From contig CAVYRF010000001.1 in NCBI GenBank assembly GCA_963770895.1, positions 1,728,001 to 1,792,000 of the forward strand: a stretch of DNA of 64,000 bases. The letters are read 5' to 3'. Of the stretch, positions 54,776 through 64,000 are shown piece by piece. Source of the stretch: an uncultured Acidobacteriota bacterium (GTDB lineage: Bacteria > Acidobacteriota > Thermoanaerobaculia > Multivoradales > UBA5704). Position 1 is the first letter of the stretch; each line of letters begins with the position of its first letter. A program made the position numbers and the translations under genes. The notes under the pieces were generated by a model. The model was not told where the DNA came from and made no database searches. It saw only the letters and a program-made list of their open reading frames with translations.

Positions 54776-56981
54776 ACCTGCCGCCCCTGCCGATCCCGCC
54801 GCCGCCGCTGCCGCACCGGGCGAGCGGCGGCGGCCGCGGCGGGTGCGCACGCCGACGGTGCTGCAGATGGAGGCGGTGGAGTGCGGCGCCGCGGCGCTCG
54901 CCATCGTCCTGGCCACCTTCAACCGCTGGGTGCCGCTCGAGCAGCTGCGCGTCGCCTGCGGCGTGTCGCGCGACGGCAGCAAGGCCAGCAACGTGGTCAA
55001 GGCGGCGCGCACCTTCGGCCTGGAAGCCAAGGGCTACAAGAAGGAGCCGGCGGCGCTGCGCGACCTCGTGCCGCCGATGATCCTGCACTGGAACTTCAAC
55101 CATTTCGTGGTGCTCGAAGGGTGGAAGCGCGGCCGCGTCTACCTCAACGACCCGGCCTCGGGGCCGCGTACCGTCAGCGAAGAAGAGCTCGACCAGGCGT
55201 TCACCGGCGTCGTGCTGGTCTTCCGGCCGGGTCCCGGCTTCCAGCCCGGCGGCGGCGCCCCCAGCCTGCTCGCCGCGCTGCGCCAGCGGCTGGCCGGAAT
55301 GCGCGCGGCGCTGGCCTTCGCGCTGCTCACCGGCCTGGCGCTGGTGGTCCCCGGCCTGGCGGTGCCGGCGTACTCCAAGGTGTTCGTCGACGAAGTGCTG
55401 CTCGCCGGGCACCACGACTGGATGCTGCCGCTGATGGGGCTGATGGTGGTGACGGCGCTCGCCAGCGCCGCCCTGATCTGGCTGCAGCAGGCCTACTTGC
55501 TGCGCATGGAAACCAAGATGGCGCTGGCCGGTTCCAGCCGTTTCCTGTGGCACGTCCTGCGGCTGCCGCTGGAATTTTTCAACCAGCGCTTCGCCGGCGA
55601 CATCAGCTCGCGGGTGGCGATCAACGACCAGGTGGCGGGCCTGCTGTCGCGCGACCTCGCCTCGGGCGCCCTGGGGGCCCTGGTGGTGGTCTTCTACGCC
55701 ATCCTGATGCTGCGCTACGACGTGCCGCTGACCGTCCTGGGGCTGGTGATCGTGTCGCTCAACGTCGCCGCCCTGCGCTACGTGTCGCGCCAGCGGGTGG
55801 ACGGCAACCGCCGCCTGGCGCAGGACCGCGGCAAGCTCCTGTCGACCGCCATCGGCGGCTTGCAGATGATCGAGACGCTCAAGGCCATGGGCTCGGAGTC
55901 GGACCTGTTCGCGCGCTGGGCGGGCCACCAGGCCAAGGTGGTCAACGCGCGCCAGGGTCTGGAACGCTACACCCAGGTGCTCGGCGCCGTGCCGCCCGCG
56001 CTCGCGGCGCTCAACACCGCGGCGATCCTGGGCGTCGGCGGCCTGCGCGTCGCCAACGGCGGCCTCAGCCTGGGCGGCCTGGTGGCCTTCCAGGTGCTGA
56101 TGGCGGGGTTGACGGCGCCGGTCGAACGGCTGGTGAACCTCGGCGGCCAGCTGCAGACCGCGGAAGGAGACATGAGGCGCCTCGACGACGTGCTGCGCTA
56201 CCCGGAGGTGGCGGGCGGCGACGCGCCATCCGAGCCGCTGCCCGCCGGCCAGCCGGTGCGCCTGGCCGGACACCTCGAGCTGCGCGACGTCTCGTTCGGC
56301 TACAGCCGCCTGGATCCGCCGCTCATCGAAGGCTTCCACCTGGACCTCAAGCCGGGCGCGCGGGTGGCGCTGGTGGGCGGCTCGGGCAGCGGCAAATCGA
56401 CCATCGCCAAGCTGGTGCTGGGACTCTACGAGCCCTGGGAGGGCCAGATCCTGTTCGACGGCCGGCCGCGCCGCCAGGTGCCGCGGCGGGTGCTCGCCAA
56501 CTCGCTGGCGTACGTCGACCAGTCGATCTTCCTGTTCGAGGGCACGGTGCGCGACAACCTGACGCTGTGGGACTCGACCGTGCCGCTGCCGGAGATGATC
56601 GGCGCGGCCAAGGACGCCTGCATCCACGACGTCATCGCGGCCAAGGTGGGCGGCTACAGCAGCACGGTGCAGGAAGACGGCGCCAATTTCAGCGGCGGCC
56701 AGCGGCAGCGCCTGGAGATCGCCCGCGCGCTGGTCGGCCGGCCGCGCCTGATCGTGCTCGACGAAGCCACCAGCGCGCTCGACCCGGTGACCGAAGCAGA
56801 GATCGATCGGCACCTCAGGCGGCGTGGCGTCACCTGCCTGATCGTCGCCCACCGGTTGAGCACCATCCGCGATGCCGACGAGATCATCGTGCTCGACAAG
56901 GGCAAGGTGGCGCAGCGCGGCACCCACGACCAGCTCAAGGACGCGGCCGGCGCCTACGCCCGCCTGATCGGCGCCGAATGA
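54768..56981 (+). CDS. NHLM-type ABC transporter, C39 peptidase/permease/ATPase
   Basis: TPTVLQMEAVECGAA (catalytic Cys), HWNFNHFVV, NDPA; GGSGSGKST, FSGGQRQR, LDEATS. Confidence 0.93.
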   Translation: MSEPAAPADPAAAAAAPGERRRPRRVRTPTVLQMEAVECGAAALAIVLATFNRWVPLEQLRVACGVSRDGSKASNVVKAARTFGLEAKGYKKEPAALRDLVPPMILHWNFNHFVVLEGWKRGRVYLNDPASGPRTVSEEELDQAFTGVVLVFRPGPGFQPGGGAPSLLAALRQRLAGMRAALAFALLTGLALVVPGLAVPAYSKVFVDEVLLAGHHDWMLPLMGLMVVTALASAALIWLQQAYLLRMETKMALAGSSRFLWHVLRLPLEFFNQRFAGDISSRVAINDQVAGLLSRDLASGALGALVVVFYAILMLRYDVPLTVLGLVIVSLNVAALRYVSRQRVDGNRRLAQDRGKLLSTAIGGLQMIETLKAMGSESDLFARWAGHQAKVVNARQGLERYTQVLGAVPPALAALNTAAILGVGGLRVANGGLSLGGLVAFQVLMAGLTAPVERLVNLGGQLQTAEGDMRRLDDVLRYPEVAGGDAPSEPLPAGQPVRLAGHLELRDVSFGYSRLDPPLIEGFHLDLKPGARVALVGGSGSGKSTIAKLVLGLYEPWEGQILFDGRPRRQVPRRVLANSLAYVDQSIFLFEGTVRDNLTLWDSTVPLPEMIGAAKDACIHDVIAAKVGGYSSTVQEDGANFSGGQRQRLEIARALVGRPRLIVLDEATSALDPVTEAEIDRHLRRRGVTCLIVAHRLSTIRDADEIIVLDKGKVAQRGTHDQLKDAAGAYARLIGAE

Positions 56982-56994
56982 GCCGCGGCCAGCC

Positions 56995-59967
56995 ATGACC
57001 GAGCCCGCCGCGCAGGACCGCCTGGCGACGTCGCTCGCGGCCGCCGCCCAGGGGCTGGCGCTCACCGCCGCCTCGCCGCTGCGCCTGGACACCTCGGCGG
57101 CGCTCTGGCTGGTCGACTCCGGGCGGCTGGAGGTGTTCGCGGTGGTGGAGAAGGAGGGACCCGGCGCGGAGCCCGGCGCGCGCAGCCACCTCGCCACCGC
57201 GACCGCCGGCCAGCTGCTCTGCGGGCTGGCGTCGGCGGCGGGCGATGCCGGCGTCGGCGTCGGCGTCCTCGCGGTGGCAGCCCCCGCGGCGCGCCTGCTG
57301 CGGCTGGAGCCGGCCGCGGTGCGGCGGCTGGCCGCCGAGCCGGCGCTGCGCGAGCCGCTGGCAGTGCTGCTGGACGGCTGGCTGAGCCTGCTGGCGGCGG
57401 CGCTCGCCACGGAGCCGGGGCCGCGCGCCTTCACCGAGCTGCGGCGCGGCACCCAGGTGGATCTCGAGGCCGGGCGCCCGGCGCGGTGCCGCGAGGGCGC
57501 CGTCTGGGTGCGCCAGGTGAGCGGCGCGAGCGCGCTGCTGGGGCGGCCCGACCTGACCGTCGCGGCGGGCGAGCTGGCGCCGGTCGCGGCGGAGAGCTGG
57601 CTGGTCGCCGCCGAGCCGTCGTGCCTGACGGTCAGCGGCGGCGCCCACCTGGTGGCGGGCGACGACCTGTGGGCGGCGCTCGCACGCTTCCACGGCCGCT
57701 GGCTGGCGACGCTGGCGCGGCAGCGGGCCGGCAGCGAACGGCTGGACCGCGACCGCCTGGAGCGCAAGACGGCACTGGACCGCCAGCTGCTGCGCGGCGC
57801 CTTCACGCGCCTGGCCTCCGTGCTGGCGGCGGACCACCCGGCCGCCGGTGCTGAAGTCGCCGGCCAGGACGCCGCGGCCCAGCCCCTGCTGGCGACCTGC
57901 CGGCTGGTGGCGGCGGCGCAAGGCATGCGCTTCCAGGGCCGCCCCGAAAGCGCCGCCGGCGACCGCCGCCCGCCGGCCGGCGAGCACCTGGCCAGCCTCT
58001 GTGCGGCGGCGCGGGTGCGCCACCGGCGGGTGATCCTGCGCGGCGCCTGGTGGCGCCACGACAACGGCCCGCTGGTGGGCTTCCTGACGCCGCCGGCGGG
58101 GCCGGGGCCGACGGCGAGCCGGCCGGTCGCCTTGCTGCCCAGCTCGCGCACCAGCTACGACCTGGTGGACCCGGCGGCGGGCCGGCGGGCGACGGTCGAC
58201 CAGGCGACGGCCGAAAGCCTGGGGGCCGAAGCGTTCATGCTGTACACGCCGCTGCCCGAACGGCCGGTGACCGCCCGCGACCTGCTGCGCGCGGCGCTCG
58301 GCGGCCGGCGCGGCGACCTGTGGACGTTGCTGCTGATGGGGCTCGCCAGCGGCATTCTGGCGCTGCTGGTGCCGATCGTCACCGGCCAGGTGTTCGGCCA
58401 CGCGATCCCGGACGCCGACCGGCCGGGGCTGCTCCAGCTCACCCTGGTGCTGGTGGTCGGGGCGCTCGCGGCGAGCGCTTTCCAGCTCACCCGCAGCTTC
58501 ACCGTGGTGCGCCTGAGCGCCCGCCTGGAAGGCAGCGTCCAGGCGGCGATCTGGGATCGCCTGCTGGCGCTGCCAGTGGCCTTCTTCCGCCGCTACTCGG
58601 TCGGCGACCTGGCCGACCGCTCGCTGGGCGTCGAGCGCATCCGCGAGCTGCTCACCGGCAACGTCGTCACCTCGATCCTGGCCGCCGTCTTTTCGGTCTT
58701 CAGCTTTGCCCTGCTGTTCTATTACAGCTGGTCGATGGCCCTCATGGCCACGGCCCTGGTGGCGGTGCTGGTGGCCGCCACCGCGCTGCTCACCTGGATG
58801 CAGCTGCGCCATCAGCGCAGCCTGCTGGCCCGCCAGGGCAAGATTGCCAGCCTGCTGCTGGGCCTCATCCGCGGCATCGCCAAGCTGCGGGTGGCGGCGG
58901 CGGAGGAGCGCGCCTTCAGCCGCTGGGCGGAGAGCTTCGCCGAGCAGCGGCGCTTCTCGGTCGAGGCGCGGCGGATCGCCAACGCCCAGTCGGCTTTCAA
59001 CGCCGGCTATGGCGTGCTCACCTCGCTCGCCATCTTCGCCATGGTCACCTGGTCCAGCGCCGCCGGCATGCCGGTGGGCGACTTCCTGGCCTGGAACGCG
59101 GCGTTCGCCCAGTTCCTCACCGCCGCGCTGGCCACCGTCGCGCTGCTGTCGAGCATGCTCACCATCGTGCCCCTCTACGAGCGCCTGCAGCCCATCCTGG
59201 CGGCGGTCCCCGAAGTCGACGCCGGCCAGGCGGACGCCGGGGACCTGACCGGCGACATCGAATGCAGCCACCTGTGCTTCCGCTACGACGAACAGGGACC
59301 GCTGATCCTGGACGACGTCTCGTTCCACGCCGCCGCCGGCGAGTTCGTGGCGCTGGTCGGCGCCTCGGGCTCGGGAAAATCGACCTGCCTGCGCCTGCTG
59401 CTGGGCTTCGATCGGCCGGAGTCGGGATCGATCTATTTCGACGGCCAGGACCTGGCGGCGCTCGGCGTGCAATCGGTGCGCCGCCAGATCGGCGTGGTCA
59501 TGCAGCACAGCCGGATCGCGGTGGGCGACATCTTCACCAACATCGTCGGCGGCTCCAACCTGACGCTCGACGACGCCTGGGAGGCGGCCCGCATGGCCGG
59601 CATCGAGGACGACGTCCGCGCCATGCCGATGGGCATGCACACGGTGGTGAGCGAGGGGGGCGAAACGTTCTCGGGCGGTCAGAAGCAGCGGCTGCTGATC
59701 GCCCGCGCCATCATCAACCGGCCGCGCATCCTGCTGTTCGACGAAGCCACCAGCGCGCTCGACAACCGCACCCAGGAGATGGTGAGCCGCAGCCTCGAAG
59801 GGCTCAAGGCGACGCGCATCGTCATCGCCCATCGCCTGAGCACCATCGTCAACGCCGACCGCATCTACGTTTTCGACGCCGGGAAGGTGGTGGAGGTCGG
59901 CAGCTACCGCGAGCTGGTCGAGCGCGGCGGCATCTTCTCCGCCCTGGCGAGGCGGCAGCTGGCGTGA
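56995..59967 (+). CDS. NHLM-type ABC transporter, permease/ATPase (no peptidase)
   Basis: WWRHDNGPLV, GASGSGKST, FSGGQKQR, FDEATS; degenerate cNMP-like N-terminus. Confidence 0.92.
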   Translation: MTEPAAQDRLATSLAAAAQGLALTAASPLRLDTSAALWLVDSGRLEVFAVVEKEGPGAEPGARSHLATATAGQLLCGLASAAGDAGVGVGVLAVAAPAARLLRLEPAAVRRLAAEPALREPLAVLLDGWLSLLAAALATEPGPRAFTELRRGTQVDLEAGRPARCREGAVWVRQVSGASALLGRPDLTVAAGELAPVAAESWLVAAEPSCLTVSGGAHLVAGDDLWAALARFHGRWLATLARQRAGSERLDRDRLERKTALDRQLLRGAFTRLASVLAADHPAAGAEVAGQDAAAQPLLATCRLVAAAQGMRFQGRPESAAGDRRPPAGEHLASLCAAARVRHRRVILRGAWWRHDNGPLVGFLTPPAGPGPTASRPVALLPSSRTSYDLVDPAAGRRATVDQATAESLGAEAFMLYTPLPERPVTARDLLRAALGGRRGDLWTLLLMGLASGILALLVPIVTGQVFGHAIPDADRPGLLQLTLVLVVGALAASAFQLTRSFTVVRLSARLEGSVQAAIWDRLLALPVAFFRRYSVGDLADRSLGVERIRELLTGNVVTSILAAVFSVFSFALLFYYSWSMALMATALVAVLVAATALLTWMQLRHQRSLLARQGKIASLLLGLIRGIAKLRVAAAEERAFSRWAESFAEQRRFSVEARRIANAQSAFNAGYGVLTSLAIFAMVTWSSAAGMPVGDFLAWNAAFAQFLTAALATVALLSSMLTIVPLYERLQPILAAVPEVDAGQADAGDLTGDIECSHLCFRYDEQGPLILDDVSFHAAAGEFVALVGASGSGKSTCLRLLLGFDRPESGSIYFDGQDLAALGVQSVRRQIGVVMQHSRIAVGDIFTNIVGGSNLTLDDAWEAARMAGIEDDVRAMPMGMHTVVSEGGETFSGGQKQRLLIARAIINRPRILLFDEATSALDNRTQEMVSRSLEGLKATRIVIAHRLSTIVNADRIYVFDAGKVVEVGSYRELVERGGIFSALARRQLA

Positions 59968-60022
59968 GGCCGCATGCCGCCGCCGCGCCCGACCGATCCA
60001 CCCGTTTCCCTCAGGGGGGGCC

Positions 60023-60592
60023 ATGCGCAAAGTACTCTTCCTCTTCGGCCAGCTCAACGACGACGACGTCGAGTGGCTGATCGCGAGCGGCACGGTGCGC
60101 CAGGTGGCGCCGGGCGAAATCCTCATCCGCCAGGGGACCCACGTCGACGCCGTGTTCATCCTGCTCGCCGGCCGCCTGTCGGTGCTGCTGGCGCGGACAG
60201 GCGATCGTGAGATCGCGCGCCTGCAGGCCGGCGAGATCGCCGGCGAGATGTCGTTCCTGGATTCACGGCCGCCGTCGGCGACGGTGTGCGCCCTGGAGAC
60301 GTCGACGGTGTACGCCATCCCGCGCGCGATGCTGGCGGCGCGGCTCGCCGCCGACCTGGGCTTCGCCGCCCGCTTCTACCGGGCGCTGGCGATCTTCCTC
60401 GCCACCACCGTGCGCGAGCGCCACCGCAGCCTGGTGCTGACCGCCGGGGACGTCGGCCCGGCACCGCAGGCGGCCTTGGTCGCGGACGACGAAGAGGACG
60501 ACGCCGACGAGCTCGAAGGCAACGTGCTCGACAACGTCTACCTGGCGGGCGAGCGCTTCAACCGCATGGTCCGGCGCCTGACCGGAGCCTAG
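60023..60592 (+). CDS. Cyclic-nucleotide-binding domain protein
   Basis: MRKVLFLFGQLNDDDVEWL, GEIAGEMSFLDSRPPSATV. Confidence 0.88.
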   Translation: MRKVLFLFGQLNDDDVEWLIASGTVRQVAPGEILIRQGTHVDAVFILLAGRLSVLLARTGDREIARLQAGEIAGEMSFLDSRPPSATVCALETSTVYAIPRAMLAARLAADLGFAARFYRALAIFLATTVRERHRSLVLTAGDVGPAPQAALVADDEEDDADELEGNVLDNVYLAGERFNRMVRRLTGA

Positions 60593-60706
60593 CGCAGGCC
60601 CCCGGCCGGCCGCCTGCGCCGTGCGGATCGGTCCGGCGGACCGGCGGCGGTCGCAAGGGCCGGTTTCAGCTGGGGTGTACACTGTACATTCAGGAAGTTC
60701 TCCAGC

Positions 60707-63700
60707 ATGCACTGTCCGCACTGCCAGTTCGCCAACCCGCCGGGGATGAAATTCTGCGGCGCCTGCGGCGAGCGCCTGGCGCTGGTGTGCACGCGGTGCG
60801 GCGCCGAGATCCCCGCCGGCTTCAAGTTCTGCGGCGGCTGCGGCACGCCGCTGGCGCCGGCGGAGGCGGCGGGGGCGCCGCAGCGCGCCGGTACGCCCGC
60901 GGCCGACGGCCGGGCGCAGCCGTCCGCCGCCGCGGGCGCGCCGCCGCCCCCGGTGGCGCCCTACACGCCGCCGCACCTGGAGGCGCAGGGCATGAGCTCG
61001 CGCGCCTCCTTCGAGGGCGAGCGCAAGCAGGTGACGGTGCTGTTCTGCGACCTGGTGAGCTCGACGGCGCTGGCCGACCGCATCGGGCCGGAAGCCATGC
61101 ACGCCTTGCTGCAGGGCTTTTTCGAGCTGGCGCTGGGCGAAGTGCACCGCTACGGTGGCACCATCAACCAGTTTCTGGGCGACGGCTTCATGGCGCTGTT
61201 CGGCGCGCCGGTGGCGCATGAGGACCACGCGCGCCGCGCCGTGCTGTCGGCCCTGGCGGTGCGGCGGGCGCTCGCCCAGGGCGACCTGGGCCGGTCCGGC
61301 GGCGCCGCCCCCGGCGCGGACCCGGCGCCGCCGGAGGGCCTGGCGGTGCGCATGGGCCTCAACACCGGCTGGGTGGTGGTCGGCAGCCTGGGCGACCACC
61401 TGCGGACGGACTACACCGCGGTGGGCGGCAGCACCAACCTGGCGGCGCGGCTGCAACAGCTGGCGGCGGCCGGCGACATCCTGATCAGCGAAGCCACGCG
61501 CGCCCTGGCCGGCAGCGACATGAACGTCGAGGCGCTGGCGCCGGCGATGGTGAAGGGCGTGGCGAACCCGGTGACGGCCTACCGCCTGCTGGACGTCGCC
61601 GAAAGCGCCGCGCCGCCGGCCGCGGCTCGCCGCGAGCAGAGCCCCCTGGTCGGGCGCGAAGCGGAGATGCGCAGCCTCGAGGCGCTGGTGGAGCGGGCGG
61701 CGGCCGGCCAGGGTCAGGTGGCGGGAATCGTCGGCGATGCCGGCCTCGGCAAGTCGCGCCTGGTCCTGGAGCTGCGGCGCCGCGTCGAACCGCGGCTCAA
61801 CGTCACCTGGTTCGGCGGCCGCTGCCTGTCGTACGGGCAGGGCATCCCGTACCTGCCGTTCCTCAACCTGCTGCGCGAGGCGTGGTCGATCTCCGACGCC
61901 GATCCGCCGGAGGAGGTCGCGGCCAAGGTCGACGCCGGCTTGGCGCAGGCGGGGATCGCGAGCCGTGAGCCCGTGCCGTACATCCTGGAGCTGATGGGGG
62001 TGAGCCAGGGCGGCCATGCGGCGGCCGAGCTGGGTTCCCAGGTGATGCAGCGGCGCATTTTCGCCGCCCTGCGGCAGCTCTTCCTGCAAGCCAGCCGGCG
62101 CTGCCTGGTGGTGGTCGAGATCGAAGACCTGCACTGGGTCGACCCCACCTCGGAAGAGCTGCTGCTCAGCCTGGTGGAGGAGCTGCCGGGGGTCGCCCTG
62201 CTGCTGCTCGTGACCTACCGCACCGGCTACCGGCCGCCCTGGGCGGAAAAGTCCTATGCCACCCAGGTCGGGGTGCAGTCGCTGTCGATGCACGAAAGCC
62301 GCGAGCTGATCGAGGCCACGCTGCGCCGCTCCGACGTTTCCTGGGAGCTCACCGCCGCCATCCTGGAGCGGGCGGAAGGCAACCCGTTCTTCCTCGAAGA
62401 GCTGGCGCGTGCCGTCGAGGATCGGGTCACGGGCAGCGACAGCGTCGTGCCCGACACCGTGCAGGCGGTGCTGATGGCGCGCATCGACCGCCTGCCCGAA
62501 GAGCACAAGCGTCTGCTGCAGACCGCCTCGGTGCTCGGGCGCGAGCTGCAGCGCAGCCTGCTGGCGGCGGTCTGGGAGAGCCCGTCGACCCTGGACGCGC
62601 TGCTGCAGGACCTCAAGCGCTGGGAGCTGCTCAAGGAAGTGCCCGCCGCCAACGGCGAAACGCTGCTGATGTTCCGCCACGTGCTGGCCCAGGAGGCCGC
62701 CTACGCCAGCCTGCTGACCCACCGCCGCGAAGCGCTGCACGCGGCGGCGGGGCGGGCGCTCGAAGTGCTCTTCCGCGGCCGCCTCGAAGAGGCCTACGCC
62801 GGTCTCGCCTATCACTTCCCGCAGGCCAACGACACGGCCAAGGCGGTCGAGTACCTGGCGCGCTCGGCCGAATGGTGGGCGCGCCGCTTCGCTCACCCCG
62901 AAGCCGCCAAAGCCTTGCAGGAGGCGTTGCAGCACGCCGAGCGCCTGCCGGAGGCGGAGCGCGATCGCCGGCTGGTAGAGCTGGTGCTGCAGCTGGCCCA
63001 CTCGCTGCTGCCGCTGGCCCGCTTCCCCGACACCCTGGAGCTCTGCCTGGACCACCGCGAGCGCGTCGACCGCCTGGGGGACCCGGCGCTGACCGGCCGC
63101 TTCTACTTCTGGCTGGCCCACACCCACAGCTACCTGGGGGACCAGGCGCAGGCGGAGGTGGCGGCCGAGCGCGCCCTGGCGCTCGCGACGCAGAGCGACG
63201 ACGACGTGACGCGCGCCAAGGCGCACTACGTGCTGGCGCGAGACGGCTTCTGGTCCGGGCGGTTCGCCCACGGCGCCCAGCACGCGCTGCAAGCGGTGGC
63301 GCTGCTCGAACGGCACGGCGAGCGCTGGTGGCGCGGCCAGGCCTACTGGGTGGCCGGCTTCAACGAGTACGCGCTGGGCCGCTTCGCGCCGGCGCTGGAC
63401 GCCATGGCGCAGGCGCAGGCGATCGGCGAGGCGCTGGCCGACCCGCGGCTCGACACCTCCTGGAGCACCGGCTATTTCTACGCCACGATGGGGGAGTGGG
63501 AAGCGGCGATCCGCGACTGCCGCGGCGCCCTGGCGCGCTCGCGCGATCCGCTCAACACCACGGCGGCGCTCGGCTTCCTGGGCTACGCCTACCTGGAGCG
63601 GGGCGACCTGCCGGAGGCGGTGCAGGCGCTGGAGGCGGCGGTCGACAGCCTGCGCAAGGCGGGCTTCCGGCAGATGCTGGGGTGGTTCTGCGCCTTCCTC

Positions 63701-64000
63701 GCCGAAGCCTGCCTGCGCACCGGCAAGGCGGCGCAGGGGCGGCTGCTGGCCAGGGAGGCGCTCGAGATCGCCCGCGAAACCCGCTTCGGCTACGGCGCCG
63801 GGCTGGCGCAGCGGGCGCTGGGCAGGATCGCGCGCCAGGCCGGCACCGGGGGCGAGGCGGCGGAATGGCTGGGGGAGGCGCTCGCCACCTTCACGCAGCT
63901 CGCGGCGCGCTTCGAGATCGGGCGCTCCCACCTCGACCTGGCGGCGCTGGCCGCCGATCGCGGCGACGACCCGGCGGCCGAGCGGCACCTGGGCCTTGCC
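60707..64000 (+). CDS. Class III adenylate/guanylate cyclase with double zinc ribbon, AAA ATPase and TPRs (3' end off window)
   Basis: Not in the ORF track. MHCPHCQFANPPGMKFCGACG...; GERKQVTVLFCDLVSST; NQFLGDGFMALFGAP; TNLAARLQ; GDAGLGKSRL; EDLHWVD. Confidence 0.9.
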   Translation, partial: MHCPHCQFANPPGMKFCGACGERLALVCTRCGAEIPAGFKFCGGCGTPLAPAEAAGAPQRAGTPAADGRAQPSAAAGAPPPPVAPYTPPHLEAQGMSSRASFEGERKQVTVLFCDLVSSTALADRIGPEAMHALLQGFFELALGEVHRYGGTINQFLGDGFMALFGAPVAHEDHARRAVLSALAVRRALAQGDLGRSGGAAPGADPAPPEGLAVRMGLNTGWVVVGSLGDHLRTDYTAVGGSTNLAARLQQLAAAGDILISEATRALAGSDMNVEALAPAMVKGVANPVTAYRLLDVAESAAPPAAARREQSPLVGREAEMRSLEALVERAAAGQGQVAGIVGDAGLGKSRLVLELRRRVEPRLNVTWFGGRCLSYGQGIPYLPFLNLLREAWSISDADPPEEVAAKVDAGLAQAGIASREPVPYILELMGVSQGGHAAAELGSQVMQRRIFAALRQLFLQASRRCLVVVEIEDLHWVDPTSEELLLSLVEELPGVALLLLVTYRTGYRPPWAEKSYATQVGVQSLSMHESRELIEATLRRSDVSWELTAAILERAEGNPFFLEELARAVEDRVTGSDSVVPDTVQAVLMARIDRLPEEHKRLLQTASVLGRELQRSLLAAVWESPSTLDALLQDLKRWELLKEVPAANGETLLMFRHVLAQEAAYASLLTHRREALHAAAGRALEVLFRGRLEEAYAGLAYHFPQANDTAKAVEYLARSAEWWARRFAHPEAAKALQEALQHAERLPEAERDRRLVELVLQLAHSLLPLARFPDTLELCLDHRERVDRLGDPALTGRFYFWLAHTHSYLGDQAQAEVAAERALALATQSDDDVTRAKAHYVLARDGFWSGRFAHGAQHALQAVALLERHGERWWRGQAYWVAGFNEYALGRFAPALDAMAQAQAIGEALADPRLDTSWSTGYFYATMGEWEAAIRDCRGALARSRDPLNTTAALGFLGYAYLERGDLPEAVQALEAAVDSLRKAGFRQMLGWFCAFLAEACLRTGKAAQGRLLAREALEIARETRFGYGAGLAQRALGRIARQAGTGGEAAEWLGEALATFTQLAARFEIGRSHLDLAALAADRGDDPAAERHLGLA

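Overview
GC-rich (about 70% by eye) bacterial DNA, most likely Acidobacteriota (Thermoanaerobaculia-like). This is inferred from a duplicated MacB-type permease with no cognate ATPase, a CHAT/ECF module and a lineage-typical secreted domain. No rRNA, tRNA, CRISPR array or transposase was seen. Left half: a multicopper oxidase/SCO/TlpA operon, assorted small enzymes, a CHAT protease-ECF sigma-anti-sigma module, and a ferritin-like/LodA/LodB/di-heme operon. The CHAT gene has an in-frame amber codon, and three copies of a 29-bp GTGAGAT-N13-GCGGCAG motif surround the module. Main find (about 33.9-60.6 kb): an apparently uncharacterised RiPP gene cluster. It has two tiny precursors that the ORF track does not call as such (47 aa, core AASSDEETNINNNGGC; 37 aa, core DAKPDDNNNIINNPN). 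Both share a LEDVSGG double-glycine leader and an N-I-x-N-N core motif, and each is co-oriented with its own B12-type radical SAM paralog. The Cys-ending peptide is also flanked by an rSAM/SPASM enzyme and an EpiD-like flavoprotein whose usual active-site His/Asn appear substituted. No lanthipeptide dehydratase, YcaO or thioamide machinery is present. The cluster also carries a 3-His cupin, a carbamoyltransferase (plus a collapsed 98-bp relic of a second copy), an SGNH-like protein, an HExxH protein and a complete NHLM-type C39/ABC/HlyD/TolC exporter. All family calls come from motif reading by eye; no database search was run.
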